The translations under genes and the position numbers were made by a program. The notes under the pieces are model-generated. The model did not search any database and was not told the DNA's origin. It was given only the letters and a program-made list of their open reading frames with translations. 64,000 nt of DNA from Octopus vulgaris (taxonomy: Eukaryota): contig OX597818.1 of the NCBI GenBank assembly GCA_951406725.2, positions 25,110,001 through 25,174,000 on the forward strand, written 5' to 3'. This document shows positions 26,870 through 38,544 of the stretch, piece after piece (positions within the stretch are counted from its first letter, which is position 1; the number at the start of each line of letters is the position of its first letter).

Positions 26870-27088
26870 TAAACCTTTCTACTATAGGCACAAGGCCTGA
26901 AATTTTGTGGGGAGAGGACTAGTTGATTACATTGACCCCAGTGTTTCACTGGTACTTGATTTATTGACCCCGAAAGGATGAATGGCAAAGTTGATTTCGG
27001 TAAAGTTTGAACTCAGAATGTAGCAGCAAATGAAATACAGCTAAGCATTTCGCCCAGCATGCTAATGACTCTGCCAGCTCACTGCCTT
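26870..27088 (-). mobile_element. tRNA-derived SINE (second family) with ATT-type tail
   Basis: Minus strand ggcagtgagctggcagagtcattagcatgctgggcgaaatgc...ttctgagttcaaac...tttgccattcatcctttcggggtcaataaatcaagtaccag...ccttgtgcctatagtagaaagg. Confidence 0.75.
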
Positions 27089-27145
27089 AATAATAATGAT
27101 GAAAATGATAATAATAATAATAATAATAATAGTAATAATAATAAT

Positions 27146-27565
27146 AAAGTCAAAATTAAAGAGTGCCATTGTTACTGGTTCAAAAAATAAATTTGTCAAT
27201 CTACTTCATTTCGGTTAATATATAAAGGATTGAAGTAACTCCTGAAGATATAGAGTCAAAATTAAGAGAAGAGTGCCATTGTTCACTAGATAAGTTTATT
27301 TTTTGAACCAGTTGAAGACACACAAGATGTTGAAATATCGTTTACTAGATAACAATGGCACTCTTTTAATTTTGATTCTATATATTCAGGAGGAGTTACC
27401 TCAATCCTTTATATATTAACCAAAATGAATTAGATTGACAAATTTATTTTTTGAACCAGTTGAAGACACACAAGATGTCGAAATATCATTCAATAGATAA
27501 CAATGGCACTCTTCTTTTAATTTTGTCTCTATATCTTCAGGAGGAGTTACCTCAATCCTTTATAT

Positions 27566-27570
<5 letters not shown>
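27146..27570 (+). repeat. 148-bp unit in partial tandem plus inverted partial copies, with hammerhead-like folds (retrozyme-like)
   Basis: ttttgaaccagttgaagacacacaagatgt recurs at 27301 and 27449 (period 148). 27146-27283 is the reverse complement of the unit. Flanked by (TAA)n on both sides. Confidence 0.7.
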
Positions 27571-27613
<43 letters not shown>

Positions 27614-29440
27614 CATGGACAATTGTTCGCAAGAATATACTACCATGGATTGTGAAAGAATCGAGATCAGTGACTATTTAAACAATGAAGACCAATTAAT
27701 AACAAACAGGATTTTGGATCAATTAAATACAAAAGAGACAGAATTTATGTGTGACTTTATGAAGGCTTACCAATGGAAATTAAATCAAGAGACAAGTAAA
27801 GTCAATAATGTATTGGGACACCTTGAAATAAAGAACATCACACAAAACAAATAATCTCATCAAGGCTGCAAGTAGGATTGTAGCAGAAAGGATGAAATTG
27901 AGAACTATTGAGAATAGAACATCAATGGATAGAAGAGGAAATAAACAACCTTGGTGGAAAAGGAGAATTTCAGAAGATATAAACTCCCTGAACAGTGTAG
28001 TGTCAATGCTTGTCAGGAAGAGAAAAGAAAAGGAGAATTGATGAATGATCACAAATTTGAAAAAGTGAGGAAGAAGTAAGGTGTGGATACAAAAGGTCTG
28101 AATATTGTTGTTGAAGAACTGAAGCAACACATATTTGCCACAAAAGCAAAGCTAACTAGGTTTGAACAATGGATTGAACAATACTGGTAAAACCAATTGT
28201 TTAAAAATCAACCAAAAAAGATTTTATCAAGAAATTAATGATGATATAGAGCATGAAAGATTAAAAGATTAATTCCTGATGCTGATGAAAGTCAACAGTT
28301 CTGGGGTATGATATGAAGAAAGCAAGAACATAATACTGCAGCTAAATGGCTCTGCAGCCTAAAGCAAACAGCTTCTTATCCCCAGCAATTTCTTGCCGCC
28401 CATTAATGTGGAAGTTACTGTTAGGAGGAATTGTAGAACTGCACAAATTTTTTGATGAAAACAATATAGTACTAACAGAACAAAGAGGTTGTAGGAGGAA
28501 ATGCAGTGGTACTGAAGACCAATTATTGAGAGACAAAATGGTAGTGTAAGATTGAAAATGAAGGAGAACAAATTTGGGAATGGCCTGGATTGACTATTGC
28601 AAAAGCTTATGATAGGATTTCACATTCATGGATCATCGAGAACTTAGATTTGTTTGGAATTGCAAGGAATATAATGGGGTTTTCTGAAGAGAAGTATGGT
28701 GGGGTGGAAAACTGAGTTGACATCCTACAGAAATAGATTAGGCACCCTGGGCATCAGGAGAGGGATTTTCCAAAGTGATAGCTTATCTCCATTGCCTTTT
28801 GTTCTCTGCATGATCCCTCTGACCTTGGTACTTAGGAAAATGAATTTGGGATATCAGCTAAAGGGAAAATCTCAAACAATCGACCACCTCCTCTTCACGG
28901 AGGATTTGAAGATGTATGGAACAAGTGAGTTCTTTGGTGAACACGGTCCACTGTTTTAGAATGGAATTCAAACTCAAGATGTGTTATATAATGTACCTGA
29001 AAAGAGGCATGGTACAGTCCCTAGCAGGAATAGAATTACCTAATAGAGAAAAGTCTGTTATATGCATCCCAAGCAAGAGCTTTGTGGATACGAAAGACCT
29101 TTTGAAAGTCTACTATGTGTGATCCAAGATATTTGAAGTCATCAACGTTTTTGATCGATCTATTATTGAGTGATTTAAGTTCAGTTAACTTGGAGGAGGT
29201 TATGATAAACTCTGTCAACAGTAATTGGTGCACTTGGAAGTATCAGTACTCAACTACCAAATTGGCTCAAAAAGTGTGGTAAAAATGTAAAGGTAGAACT
29301 CATACAAAAATCAGCATTGCTTGGAGCTGCAAGAATTTTTTGCAGGGTTCTTGAAGCATGACCAGTAAAGAAGTGTCACCTTAGTCTGCTGACTGTACTC
29401 AGCAAAATAAGCTGAGAGTTTTCATCAAACAATAATAATA
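27614..29440 (+). mobile_element. R4/Dong-clade (RLE) LINE, degraded and internally deleted
   Basis: ISCRPLMWKLLLG, EQRGCRRKCSGTEDQLLRDK, NLGMAWIDY, IRRGIFQSDSLSPLPFVLCMIPL, HLLFTEDLKMYG, QKSALLGAARI. Starts after and ends in (TAA)n. Confidence 0.8.
29050..29233 (-). mobile_element. RTE-like fragment nested antisense in the Dong-like LINE
   Basis: IKNVDDFKYLGSHI...FRIHKALAWDAYNRL. Confidence 0.55.
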
Positions 29441-29539
29441 ATGTATCTGTTTGAGGTCCTTGTTGTGACTTGACAGATGACTAAAGACTCTGGTGCATTT
29501 TTACCTACACTGTGTTATGGAGGAATAATAATAATAATG

Positions 29540-29770
29540 ATAAAATATTCAGACGAATACAAAACAAAAACATCAGGGCTAACAAATATATATAACATAC
29601 AGAAAATAGCACCACACACATGCTACATAAAACACTGTCAATACAGTAACTGTAAGAGCATCATGACAAACCACGGCACATACCCAAGGCACACAGAGCT
29701 GTGCATGGTAGTGCAGTGAAAGCATGTTATAGAAATAAGACTACTGAATAATAATAATAATAATAATAAA
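29540..29770 (+). mobile_element. Short 3' end of a second R4/Dong family
   Basis: IYNIQKIA..., then a 3' UTR collinear with 30926-31133, ending gactactgaataataataat. Confidence 0.65.
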
Positions 29771-31133
29771 GTATAAAATCCTAACAATGGTTGAGAAGCT
29801 TAGAACTCAAAGCAGAGACTGAAAGATTTTTAATTGCAGCTTTGAAGCCTCCTCACCAGAAGCACATAATCAAGAAAAATACAACAATTAACTGCAGAAT
29901 ATGTGGTGATGGTGATAAAACAATAAATCATATTGTCTCTGGCTGCTCAGTCTTGACTAAGAAGGAATATATCCAAGTGTTGGGACCTATATACATTGGA
30001 AGCTATGCCAACATTATGGAATGACAACAGAAAAAAGATGGTATAGGTATACTCCAGAAAAGGTCTCAGAAAATGACAAAGCAAACATATTCTGGGATAT
30101 GTCAATACACACAGATAGAGAAATCAAGGTTAATAGACCAGTTGTCAGAGACCATCAAGGAAAAAAAAAAAAGAAAAAAATGTGCCTTCTAATCAATGTA
30201 TTAATCCCAACAGATAACAATGTATCTCGAAAAGAAATGGAGAAACTCTTGAAATACAAAGATCTGGAAACAGAGATAACTTGAATGCAGAACCTAAAAA
30301 TGGAAGCAACCCTTATAATAACATGTGCGAGAAATATTAGATATAAGAAGCATGGATGTGGCATACAAGAGAGACGTTTGTGTTGGTATGATCATGTACT
30401 GCGGATGGACAAGGAGAGCTGTGTGAAGAAGTGCCACTCCCAAACAGTGGAAGGAATCCAGGGTACAGGGAGACCCAGGAAGACATAGGATGAGGTGGTG
30501 AAGCATGACCTTCAAATGTTAGGCCTCACAGAGGCAATAACAAAAGAGCAAAACCTCTGGAGGTATGCTGTGACTGAGAAGACTAATGTCACATAACCAG
30601 CACACTCAAAAGTACCTTGGATTGTAGGGCAATATACTGTGCTTGAGGAGACCTATTGAGTCAAGTACATCAACAGCAATGTCAAAATCAAATCAAATGG
30701 AAATAGTAGTTGTGATCCCCGTGCCAGCTCCTCTGGCCCCTGTGCCAGTGGCATGTAAAAAGCACCTACTGCACTCTCGGAGTGGTTGGCGTTAGGAAGG
30801 GCATCCAGCTGTAGAAACACAGATTGGGGCCTGGTGCAGCCTCCTAGCTTCCTAGACCCCAGTCGAACTGTCCAACCCATGCCCGCATGGAAAACGGAAG
30901 TTAAACGATGATGACGACGATGACAAATACATAACCAAAACACCAAGGCTTATGAATATATATATATAACATGCAGAAAATAGCACTACTAGGCACCACA
31001 TATCCTATGTAAAGCAGTTTCAATACAGTAACAGCACCAAAACAAATCACAGCATGTACCTAGAGAGCACAGAGCTATGGTCTGTAGTGCAATGAAAACG
31101 TGATAGAAATAAGACAACTGAATGATAATAATC
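29771..31133 (+). mobile_element. R4/Dong LINE 3' part (CCHC + restriction-like endonuclease), interrupted by an RTE insertion
   Basis: LKAETERFLIAA, CRICGDGDKTINHIVSGCSVL, IFWDMSIHTDREIKVNRP, EKLLKYKDL. Resumes after 30925 with KYITKTP...QKIALLGT and a TAA tail. Confidence 0.8.
30345..30925 (+). mobile_element. 5'-truncated RTE LINE 3' end with UTR and (GAT)n tail
   Basis: QERRLCWYDHVLRMDKESCVKKC...GRPRKT; tail ccaacccatgcccgcatggaaaacggaagttaaacgatgatgacgacg. Confidence 0.8.
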
Positions 31134-31269
31134 TGAACTAATCTATACAACAAACAACCCAATGCACAACTAGGAGTTCTACAATGTTGACATTAGAACA
31201 GCTGCACTTTTATGAACTACCCAGTAAAGTTTAAATGCCCCTTTCAAATTTGCTTTGTATTTCTTTTAG
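31124..31269 (+). repeat. Unique-looking ~140-bp segment duplicated at 35048-35184
   Basis: gataataatctgaac.aatctatacaacaaacaacccaatgcacaacta...tttgctttgtatttcttttag is present in both places, with a few substitutions and one 8-bp indel. Confidence 0.85.
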
Positions 31270-31442
31270 GATACCTAAACATTTTCAATGCATTTTACAC
31301 AGTAGTTATAATAAATCTGACTAAATACTCCTTTTTCCATATTTCATAATATTAAAAAAATGTCAGTGTATATTATACACAAGATACTAGGTGTGTGAGG
31401 GTGCATAATTTGGGGTGCATTTTACATGTAGGTGCATATTAG

Positions 31443-31480
<38 letters not shown>

Positions 31481-33548
31481 TCACCTGTTTGATTTTCTCA
31501 TAGCCAACATTAAAATTTATTTCTAAAACTCCATTCTTGAAGATAATTTTAGTGAAAATTTCACATTTAACATTCCTTAAGGCTCCCTATTGAGTTAAAA
31601 AGCAAATCTTTTTCAGCATCCCCAAATGACATCTTTCTTACTTAACAATATTTACTATTTTTCATCCCTACTTCTCTGATTACAAGCTAAATAGGCTAAA
31701 GTCTTTCAAAAACCTCAAATTCTTTAATAGTCCAAAATGTCAACTATTTGGACCTTTACCAGTTTTATACAGATTAACACTGGCAACAAATAAGTTTCTA
31801 TCATAACCCTCACAAAAATATATTCAGCATAACCTTTCTATATGTGAGACAAAATAAAAAAAACAAAACATTCTCACTCATTATATTGCCAACTGCAATC
31901 ATGCATCATCTTCTTTGCCAAATGTATCTTCACCGTCTTGAGACATTTATATCTTATGCTACTCTATTAGCAGTTCTTTTACACATCACAATTTGCTATG
32001 TTTAGCACCCAATCTACTTACAACTCATCTCAACATAAACAAGTTCATATTTTTCAGTTACCTCGCTATTCACCTCTTAATTCCATTAGCTACAAATTCA
32101 TCAAATTTTCATTTTCTTAGCTCACTATAAAAATTTACAAGCACAGACAGCATCCAAGCAACTAAATTTAAGTAAAGCTTCATTCACTCTTATGTCATCA
32201 AAAAGCTGTATAGCTTGTCTACTAAAAATCAAAAGACAAAAAAATCCCATCAGATCCTGTCAGGTCAGAGGGATAATTATAAACAATTTTCTAATTCAAC
32301 ACAAAACAGCTTTATAGCAACCATCAATGAAAAGCTGTGAAAGAATCAGAACCACTAACAATTTTCTTTCCCAAGAGTAACATAAACTCTAATTTTAGAA
32401 ACTAACAAAGAAGTTTGCTACAATTAATAAACACATATAGGGCAAAGAAATGTTTTAAACTAAAAATGAATTCCCTCTATTATGCTCTCATACATTCCTC
32501 TTAATTCTTTTAGATTCTAACAACTATTAATAACAAAATTATATACAGAACAGATAAATGATACCACACTCAATTCTAAGTCACTTTTAAACTTTCAAAC
32601 ATTCTTTCTGCTTCAAAAGTAGAAAACATCTTTTATGAAATCCTGTCATTTTAACTTGTCATGAAAACAGAATCTCTTTCTTCAAATCAAATTAAATCAA
32701 ATAAATGCTCAATTTTAATATTATGCAATACAATGTAACTAAGTGGTCAATTTTATATAGATTTGATGCTGAGTAGCTCAATATTTTCAAAAGTTATGCA
32801 ATTAAGTAGAAGTGTGTGTGTGTGTTATTTCATTTGTATGTCTGCTTTGCTTTTTCTATGATGTCATATGTTGGACAAGATTCCATGAGGCAGTATTCTA
32901 TAAGAAGATGCCCTTCATGACACCATTCCTTATTTGTTTTATAAACAAGTAAGGTATTTATTTCATATTTTTACATGTCAAATCACTGCTAGGTACTTTG
33001 TTTCAGGGAGATAGACAAGGATTGTCAATGCAATGACATGGGGAAAGACATCCATCTAACATAATAAAGATGAGTGTGGACAGAAGATGTTAGAGAAGGG
33101 GAGGGGATGTAATAGATTTAGGTGGAGAGGAATCCTAAGTCAGTCATTGAAAGAAAGAGAGGTGTGAGGGCTAATGCAGGCAGGTCAGAGGGAAAAGAGA
33201 AGTGTTGAGAAGGCAAAAAAGCTGTAAAGGAAAAGGCTGTGAAAGATAAGAAGACAGAGGAGAAGGGTGAGCTGTTGGAATGTATCAAAGAAATAAGACA
33301 CCCCCCCCCCCCCTAGAAGAGTGAATACCACAAAAGTATTGTTGATGAGGATGCAGTTGAGAGGAAGGGAAGGGGTAGGGGAACAGTGAAAAGGTGCTGC
33401 AAAGGAAAGAGACTAGAGAACATTTTAGAGGTGTAAGTGCAAGTAGTGAAATAAAAAAGGTGCTGGATGGTAATAGAGTTAACTCAGGAGACAGTGTGCT
33501 GTGAGTGATAAAGGGATGGTCCTGGAGTGGGAGATGTAAAATGATGTA

Positions 33549-34620
33549 CTACACCTTAATCACTAGCTTTGTGTTAAGGTATGATCTTCCATAGGTGGAA
33601 GTGTTTTCTGTAGCACCACATTGCTGGTCAAGACAGTGCTTTGTCATCTCCTCTGTGAGATGTAGCATCTTCAGATTGGTCTTCACCACTTTGACCCAAG
33701 TCTTCCTTGGTCTCCCTCCTCCGCAGGTCCCACTAATTTGGAGAGCTTGCCACTTTTGTATGCAGCAGTCACCCTTCATAAGTATCATATGCCTGTACCA
33801 GCACAGCCTTTTCTCTTGCACACTATACTCTAATACTCAGTTTTTTTCTTAGCTTATCTGTACTCTGCCATTCACGCACACAATTACTGCACAACTATCA
33901 GAGCATGCAAGCTTCATTTATTTTTCTAGCCTGTGCAAATCTTTTGCATTCAAGGTCCATCTCACTATCATGTAACATTACAGGTCTAGCACAAATGTTA
34001 TATAACCTGCCTTTCATTCTGAAATGGTAGAAGTTCCATGAACTTTCTACAATCTGTTCTAACCCTGGTCATTATGCTTTCAGAGTAACCAGCTCCACTG
34101 CTCATTATATTTCCTAGGTAACAAAAGCTATTGACTATTTCTAGTGAGCCAGCTGGACATTTAAGAAAATTATTTCCAGTGTACTCACAGTACATATTGC
34201 TCCAGTGCAGCTGTCACATACGTTTTCTTTCTTTGTTAGTTTACTAGTGAATTCAGTACACTTTGTGTAGCCATTGCTTATACTGGATACAGTATATGGA
34301 GTTTATGCCTACTTCCTTTTTCTGCATTTTGAGCAAGGCCATTTCCTTGAAGATACCAAGATCTTGTACTCTTTCCTATATACTAAAACCATGGTCTTTG
34401 CTATGTTTATCTTGAGGCCTCTCAATTCTAAACTTAACTTTAATGTCTGGAATTTCCTCTCTAATTCCACTATAAATTCAGCTATGAGAATTAGATCAAC
34501 ATCTAAAAGTTTCCATATGAGAGCTAGTCTTAACCTCTTCTGTGATAGCCTGTAGGACAATGATGAATAGATGCTGAGGACTAAGTCTTGATGGACTCTT
34601 ACTCTCATGCTGAAATTCAC
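33549..34620 (-). mobile_element. Degraded RTE LINE
   Basis: VRVHQDLVLS, LELRGLKINIAKTMVLV, WPCSKCRK, VNSFCYLGN, QEKRLCWYRH, GRPRKTWVKVV. Confidence 0.8.
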
Positions 34621-35047
34621 ATCTCATTCTCTACAACTCTCATTCACTGCAATCACCTCCTCTATTACTTCTTTCTCTGTTTATAAACTATTTTTACATT
34701 AATTACAATTTTGAAGAAATGAAGGCAATAGTAGTCATGTATAGCAAGAAGAGAGTATCAAAGAACTAATATTTTACCATTTATTTCATTTTTTTTTTCT
34801 TCTTATAATTGTTTCAAAATTATTTTACTAATTTTTCAGTTTCCCTTTCATATTTTACTATTTTATAAGTTTCCATATTTCTAATAAATAAGTAAAGTCT
34901 TTATGATGTAAATAATTCAAGAAAGTAATGGATGCTAAAATAGTGGCAGAAAGATACTGACAGTTTGTATAAATATATATGCTTAATGTTTAAAAAAAAA
35001 TTTAATATGTGGTCCAGTCCACACTGTAGAGTGATTGGCAAAACAGC

Positions 35048-35184
35048 GATAATAATCTGAACAAATCTATACAACAAACAACCCAATGCACAACTATGAG
35101 TTCTACAATGTTGACATTAGAGCAGCTGCACTTTTATGGACTAGTTTATATGCCCCTTTCAAATTTGCTTTGTATTTCTTTTAG
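35048..35184 (+). repeat. Second copy of 31124-31269, flanked by ~17-21-bp direct repeats
   Basis: Flanks gtagagtgattggcaaaacag (35026-35046) and gtaaagtgattgccaaaacag (35184-35204). Confidence 0.8.
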
Positions 35185-35447
35185 TAAAGTGATTGCCAAA
35201 ACAGACAGTGAGTATGGCACAATCTTCTGCTTAGCCAGCTCCTGTCAAACTGTTCAACCCATGCCAGCATGGAAAGTGGGCATTAAATGATGATGATGGT
35301 TACTCAACTTGTTAAAAATAGCAGGCAGTTTCCCTCAAATCACACCTCACTGTTTTAAATTAAGTGCTCATTGCAGAATAGAGTCTTATATATTTAATAT
35401 ATGTTACATGAACTAAAAATAAACAGCATGAGGATGTGTTTCACTGA

Positions 35448-35481
<34 letters not shown>

Positions 35482-36360
35482 TTCAACAATATATATAAAA
35501 AAAACATTTATTATTATAACAAAGGATTAAAACAATGCCCAATACATTCCACCAGATTTGAATGTGAATATCTTAATCACTGTAGTATATCACCTTCAGA
35601 GAACACCTCCTTTCAGATGTGTATTGACAATACACATGATTCATTGACATCAGGGAAATTTGAGACACCAATATTTTTACCTAGTTTTGTTTCTTCAGTT
35701 AAAGCTACCTCCTGATCAATTGTAAACAATTCAGTAAACAAAATATTTGCTGTAGCATGTTCATGTCTGCCAAATTGATGATTAATTATCATGTGAATGG
35801 TGAAAAGCAAGAATCAAAATGATAATACATACAAACTTTTAAAAATATATTTTGATTCTTGTGTTTTGTGTGCACATAATAATTATCAATTGGCAGACAT
35901 CAGTGCATAAAGTTGAAAATAAAATAATTCTCATATGAAATGTAAGAGGAAAAAATATAGTAAAACCACATGAAATTTTATTCAACTCTTCAAGTATAAA
36001 AAAGAAATAATACAAAACAAACATTAGCTTCTAAAGAAAATCTATGCTTAGACCACAAAATAGCAAGTACCTTCAAGATAAGTCTTGGACAAATGTTATG
36101 CTCATAAGATAAATAAAATCAGAATATGAAAGCAGCACAAGATATTTATAGTACATTGTGGAATAAAACAGTTTTAATCTGACTCACACACGCAAACAAA
36201 CACAAAGCATGGTATTTTCATTCAAGGATTAAAAATAACATCTGACTGAACAGACATTTATTTCGGTAATATGGAAAATATAAATGAGGAAGGCAAAATC
36301 AACCAAATATCCTCAGCAAATTACTAATATAATGTCAATATTGAATTTTTCAATTAAAAG

Positions 36361-36399
<39 letters not shown>

Positions 36400-36750
36400 A
36401 TAAAAATTTCCTCAATAGTATATTTGCCTATCTCATGCTTGGATGTAAAAAGATATGAACTAAATATATATAAATTTAGTCACAATATAAGGATTCAACT
36501 AATCTGGTGTCACTTATTAAAAAGCTCCTTAATACATCATTCTACAAAACACATAGAATATAGAGTTCAATACAAAAGAAAAACATAAAAACTGTATGCA
36601 TGTGTATGTGTGTGTATAGAATGTTAGTAATTTATTTATAAAATATAATAAAATAAATTATTTATTAAGCTGTGAAACAATTGTTGTTAAATATGAATAT
36701 CCAATGGTAAAATATATTTTATCAGTATGTATGTATATTCTATCTATCTA

Positions 36751-36789
<39 letters not shown>

Positions 36790-37080
36790 CATATCTTTTC
36801 ATCACCTCTGTCAGCATTGGGATACTTCATGTGAAGAATATAGTGTAAAATGTTTAAATACAATAGAATAGATAATAAACATGTATTGCTTGTTATTAAT
36901 TAAAATTATATACACATATATATTTACTGTTTGCTTTTATGTCAAGTTTCATATAAAAACAATTTCACATTAAACTGAAGAGTCCTCAATACTTTTTAGT
37001 AAAGTAAATACTTATTAAACTTTTATCAGAAGAAGGATGACAATGACTTAGAAAATTCAGCATGTTGGCCTTCATCATAC

Positions 37081-37115
37081 CATCTGATGAAGGCTAGTAG
37101 GCTGAAACTTCAATG
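37081..37115 (+). ncRNA. Degenerate minimal hammerhead-like motif
   Basis: CAT-CTGATGAA-GGC(TAGTAG)GCT-GAAA-CTTC-AATG. Canonical core, weak stems I and III. Confidence 0.4.
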
Positions 37116-37538
37116 TCACCATTACAACAAATCTTGTAAAAGTTTGATAATTAATACGTGTGTGTGGTTTATTTAAGCTAACTCTGTAGCCTGTTACTCT
37201 GAAGTTTCCATAGTGTACTTTTGGGACAAATCAAACTGGACCCAGTCTGACTTGTCTAAAGCAGCAGCTGCACACCATGGAAGCTCCCAAACTCACAAGC
37301 CTCAACATCAACTTAAATATACTACTGCACTATACATTTGTACTGGGTGCTCCTTTTTCAGATTGTTGCCCAATAATGATACATATTATACACACATATG
37401 CACGTTTTCATATTAATACATGCATGTATGGATGAATATAAATATTTATGCTGGTATATTCATAAAGAACATACACTTGACAAGGTGTATAGCTCAGAGA
37501 CCAGAGAGTCTCTCTAGGCTGGGCAGCTACTTATCTAA

Positions 37539-38165
37539 TAGGTCATCCCATAAGTTCTGTCCAAATTTTGAGTAAAGAAAACAAATGATCAAATGTTATA
37601 TTTAATTGAAATTTAATCATCAATGTACTTTCCCTGATTATCTATGACTTCCTTTCATCTATTTACAAGCTTTTTAATCCCATCAATGTAAAACTCTTTT
37701 CGTTTCAAAGCACAGAACTCTGAAATGTCGATTTCAACCTCCTCCTGGCTTTCAAAAGTTATGCCTCCCAAATGATTTTGTAAACTACAAAACAAATGGT
37801 AGTCTGAAGGAGCAAGGTCGGGAGAATAAGGTGGATGAGGAATTTTTTCCCAACCAAGCTCCTAGATCTTCTGTGATGTGATCTTTGCAGTGTGGGGTCG
37901 CACATTGTCCTGATGAAACATCACTCCTTTTTGATTCACTAAAGCGGATCTTTTTTTTCTTCAAAGCTAGGTTCAAACACTCTAATTGCTGACAGTAGAT
38001 TTGAGCATTGATTGTTGCATTAAGTGGTAACAATTCAAAGTGAATTACTCCTTTGCAATCCCACCAGATAGAGAGAAGAACCTTTTTCCCATGAAGTTCC
38101 CTTCTTGGTTGTGGTTGAGGTTTTTCCCTTTTACCAAGCCACTGTTTACAACGTTTAACATTTCA
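37539..38165 (-). mobile_element. mariner (DD34D-type) transposon 3' half, pseudogenised
   Basis: Minus strand LLPLNATINAQIYCQQL...HQDN..PH...LGWEKIPHPPYSPDLAPSDYHLFCSLQNHL. TIR-like taggtcatcccataagttctgtcc. Confidence 0.85.
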
Positions 38166-38544
38166 ATATGACTAAAATACAAATATGTAAACTCACATTA
38201 AGAATATACAAATACATTTTTCCAGCTATTTTCATCTAGACCATTTCAGTAGAAACAATACCCTTGCATTCCTATTTCTCACTTGATTGTTCTGTCACCT
38301 CTATCTACCTCTAATTCTATTCTATATGTTAAATCTCTTTATCTAGTCACCACTCTCTACCAGCTTTTAAACTTGTTTACCTGATCAATAAACTGTTGCT
38401 CCATTTACAATTTTAACTACTGTAGCTCACCACATCAGCACTTCATTCTAAGGAAGCTTTCCATCTTATATAAGCATCAAAAAGAAAATTTATAATTGGT
38501 AGAACAAGCTGTCACGTGGAACTTAATGGTTGGGCAATATATAT

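Noticed and set aside
27238-27270. CTGAAGA on the opposite strand of the 148-bp unit as a second-polarity hammerhead
   Set aside because: No stem II followed by GAAA can be formed downstream.
35401-35810. Overlapping short ORFs in non-repetitive DNA
   Set aside because: No recognisable homology or consistent splice sites.
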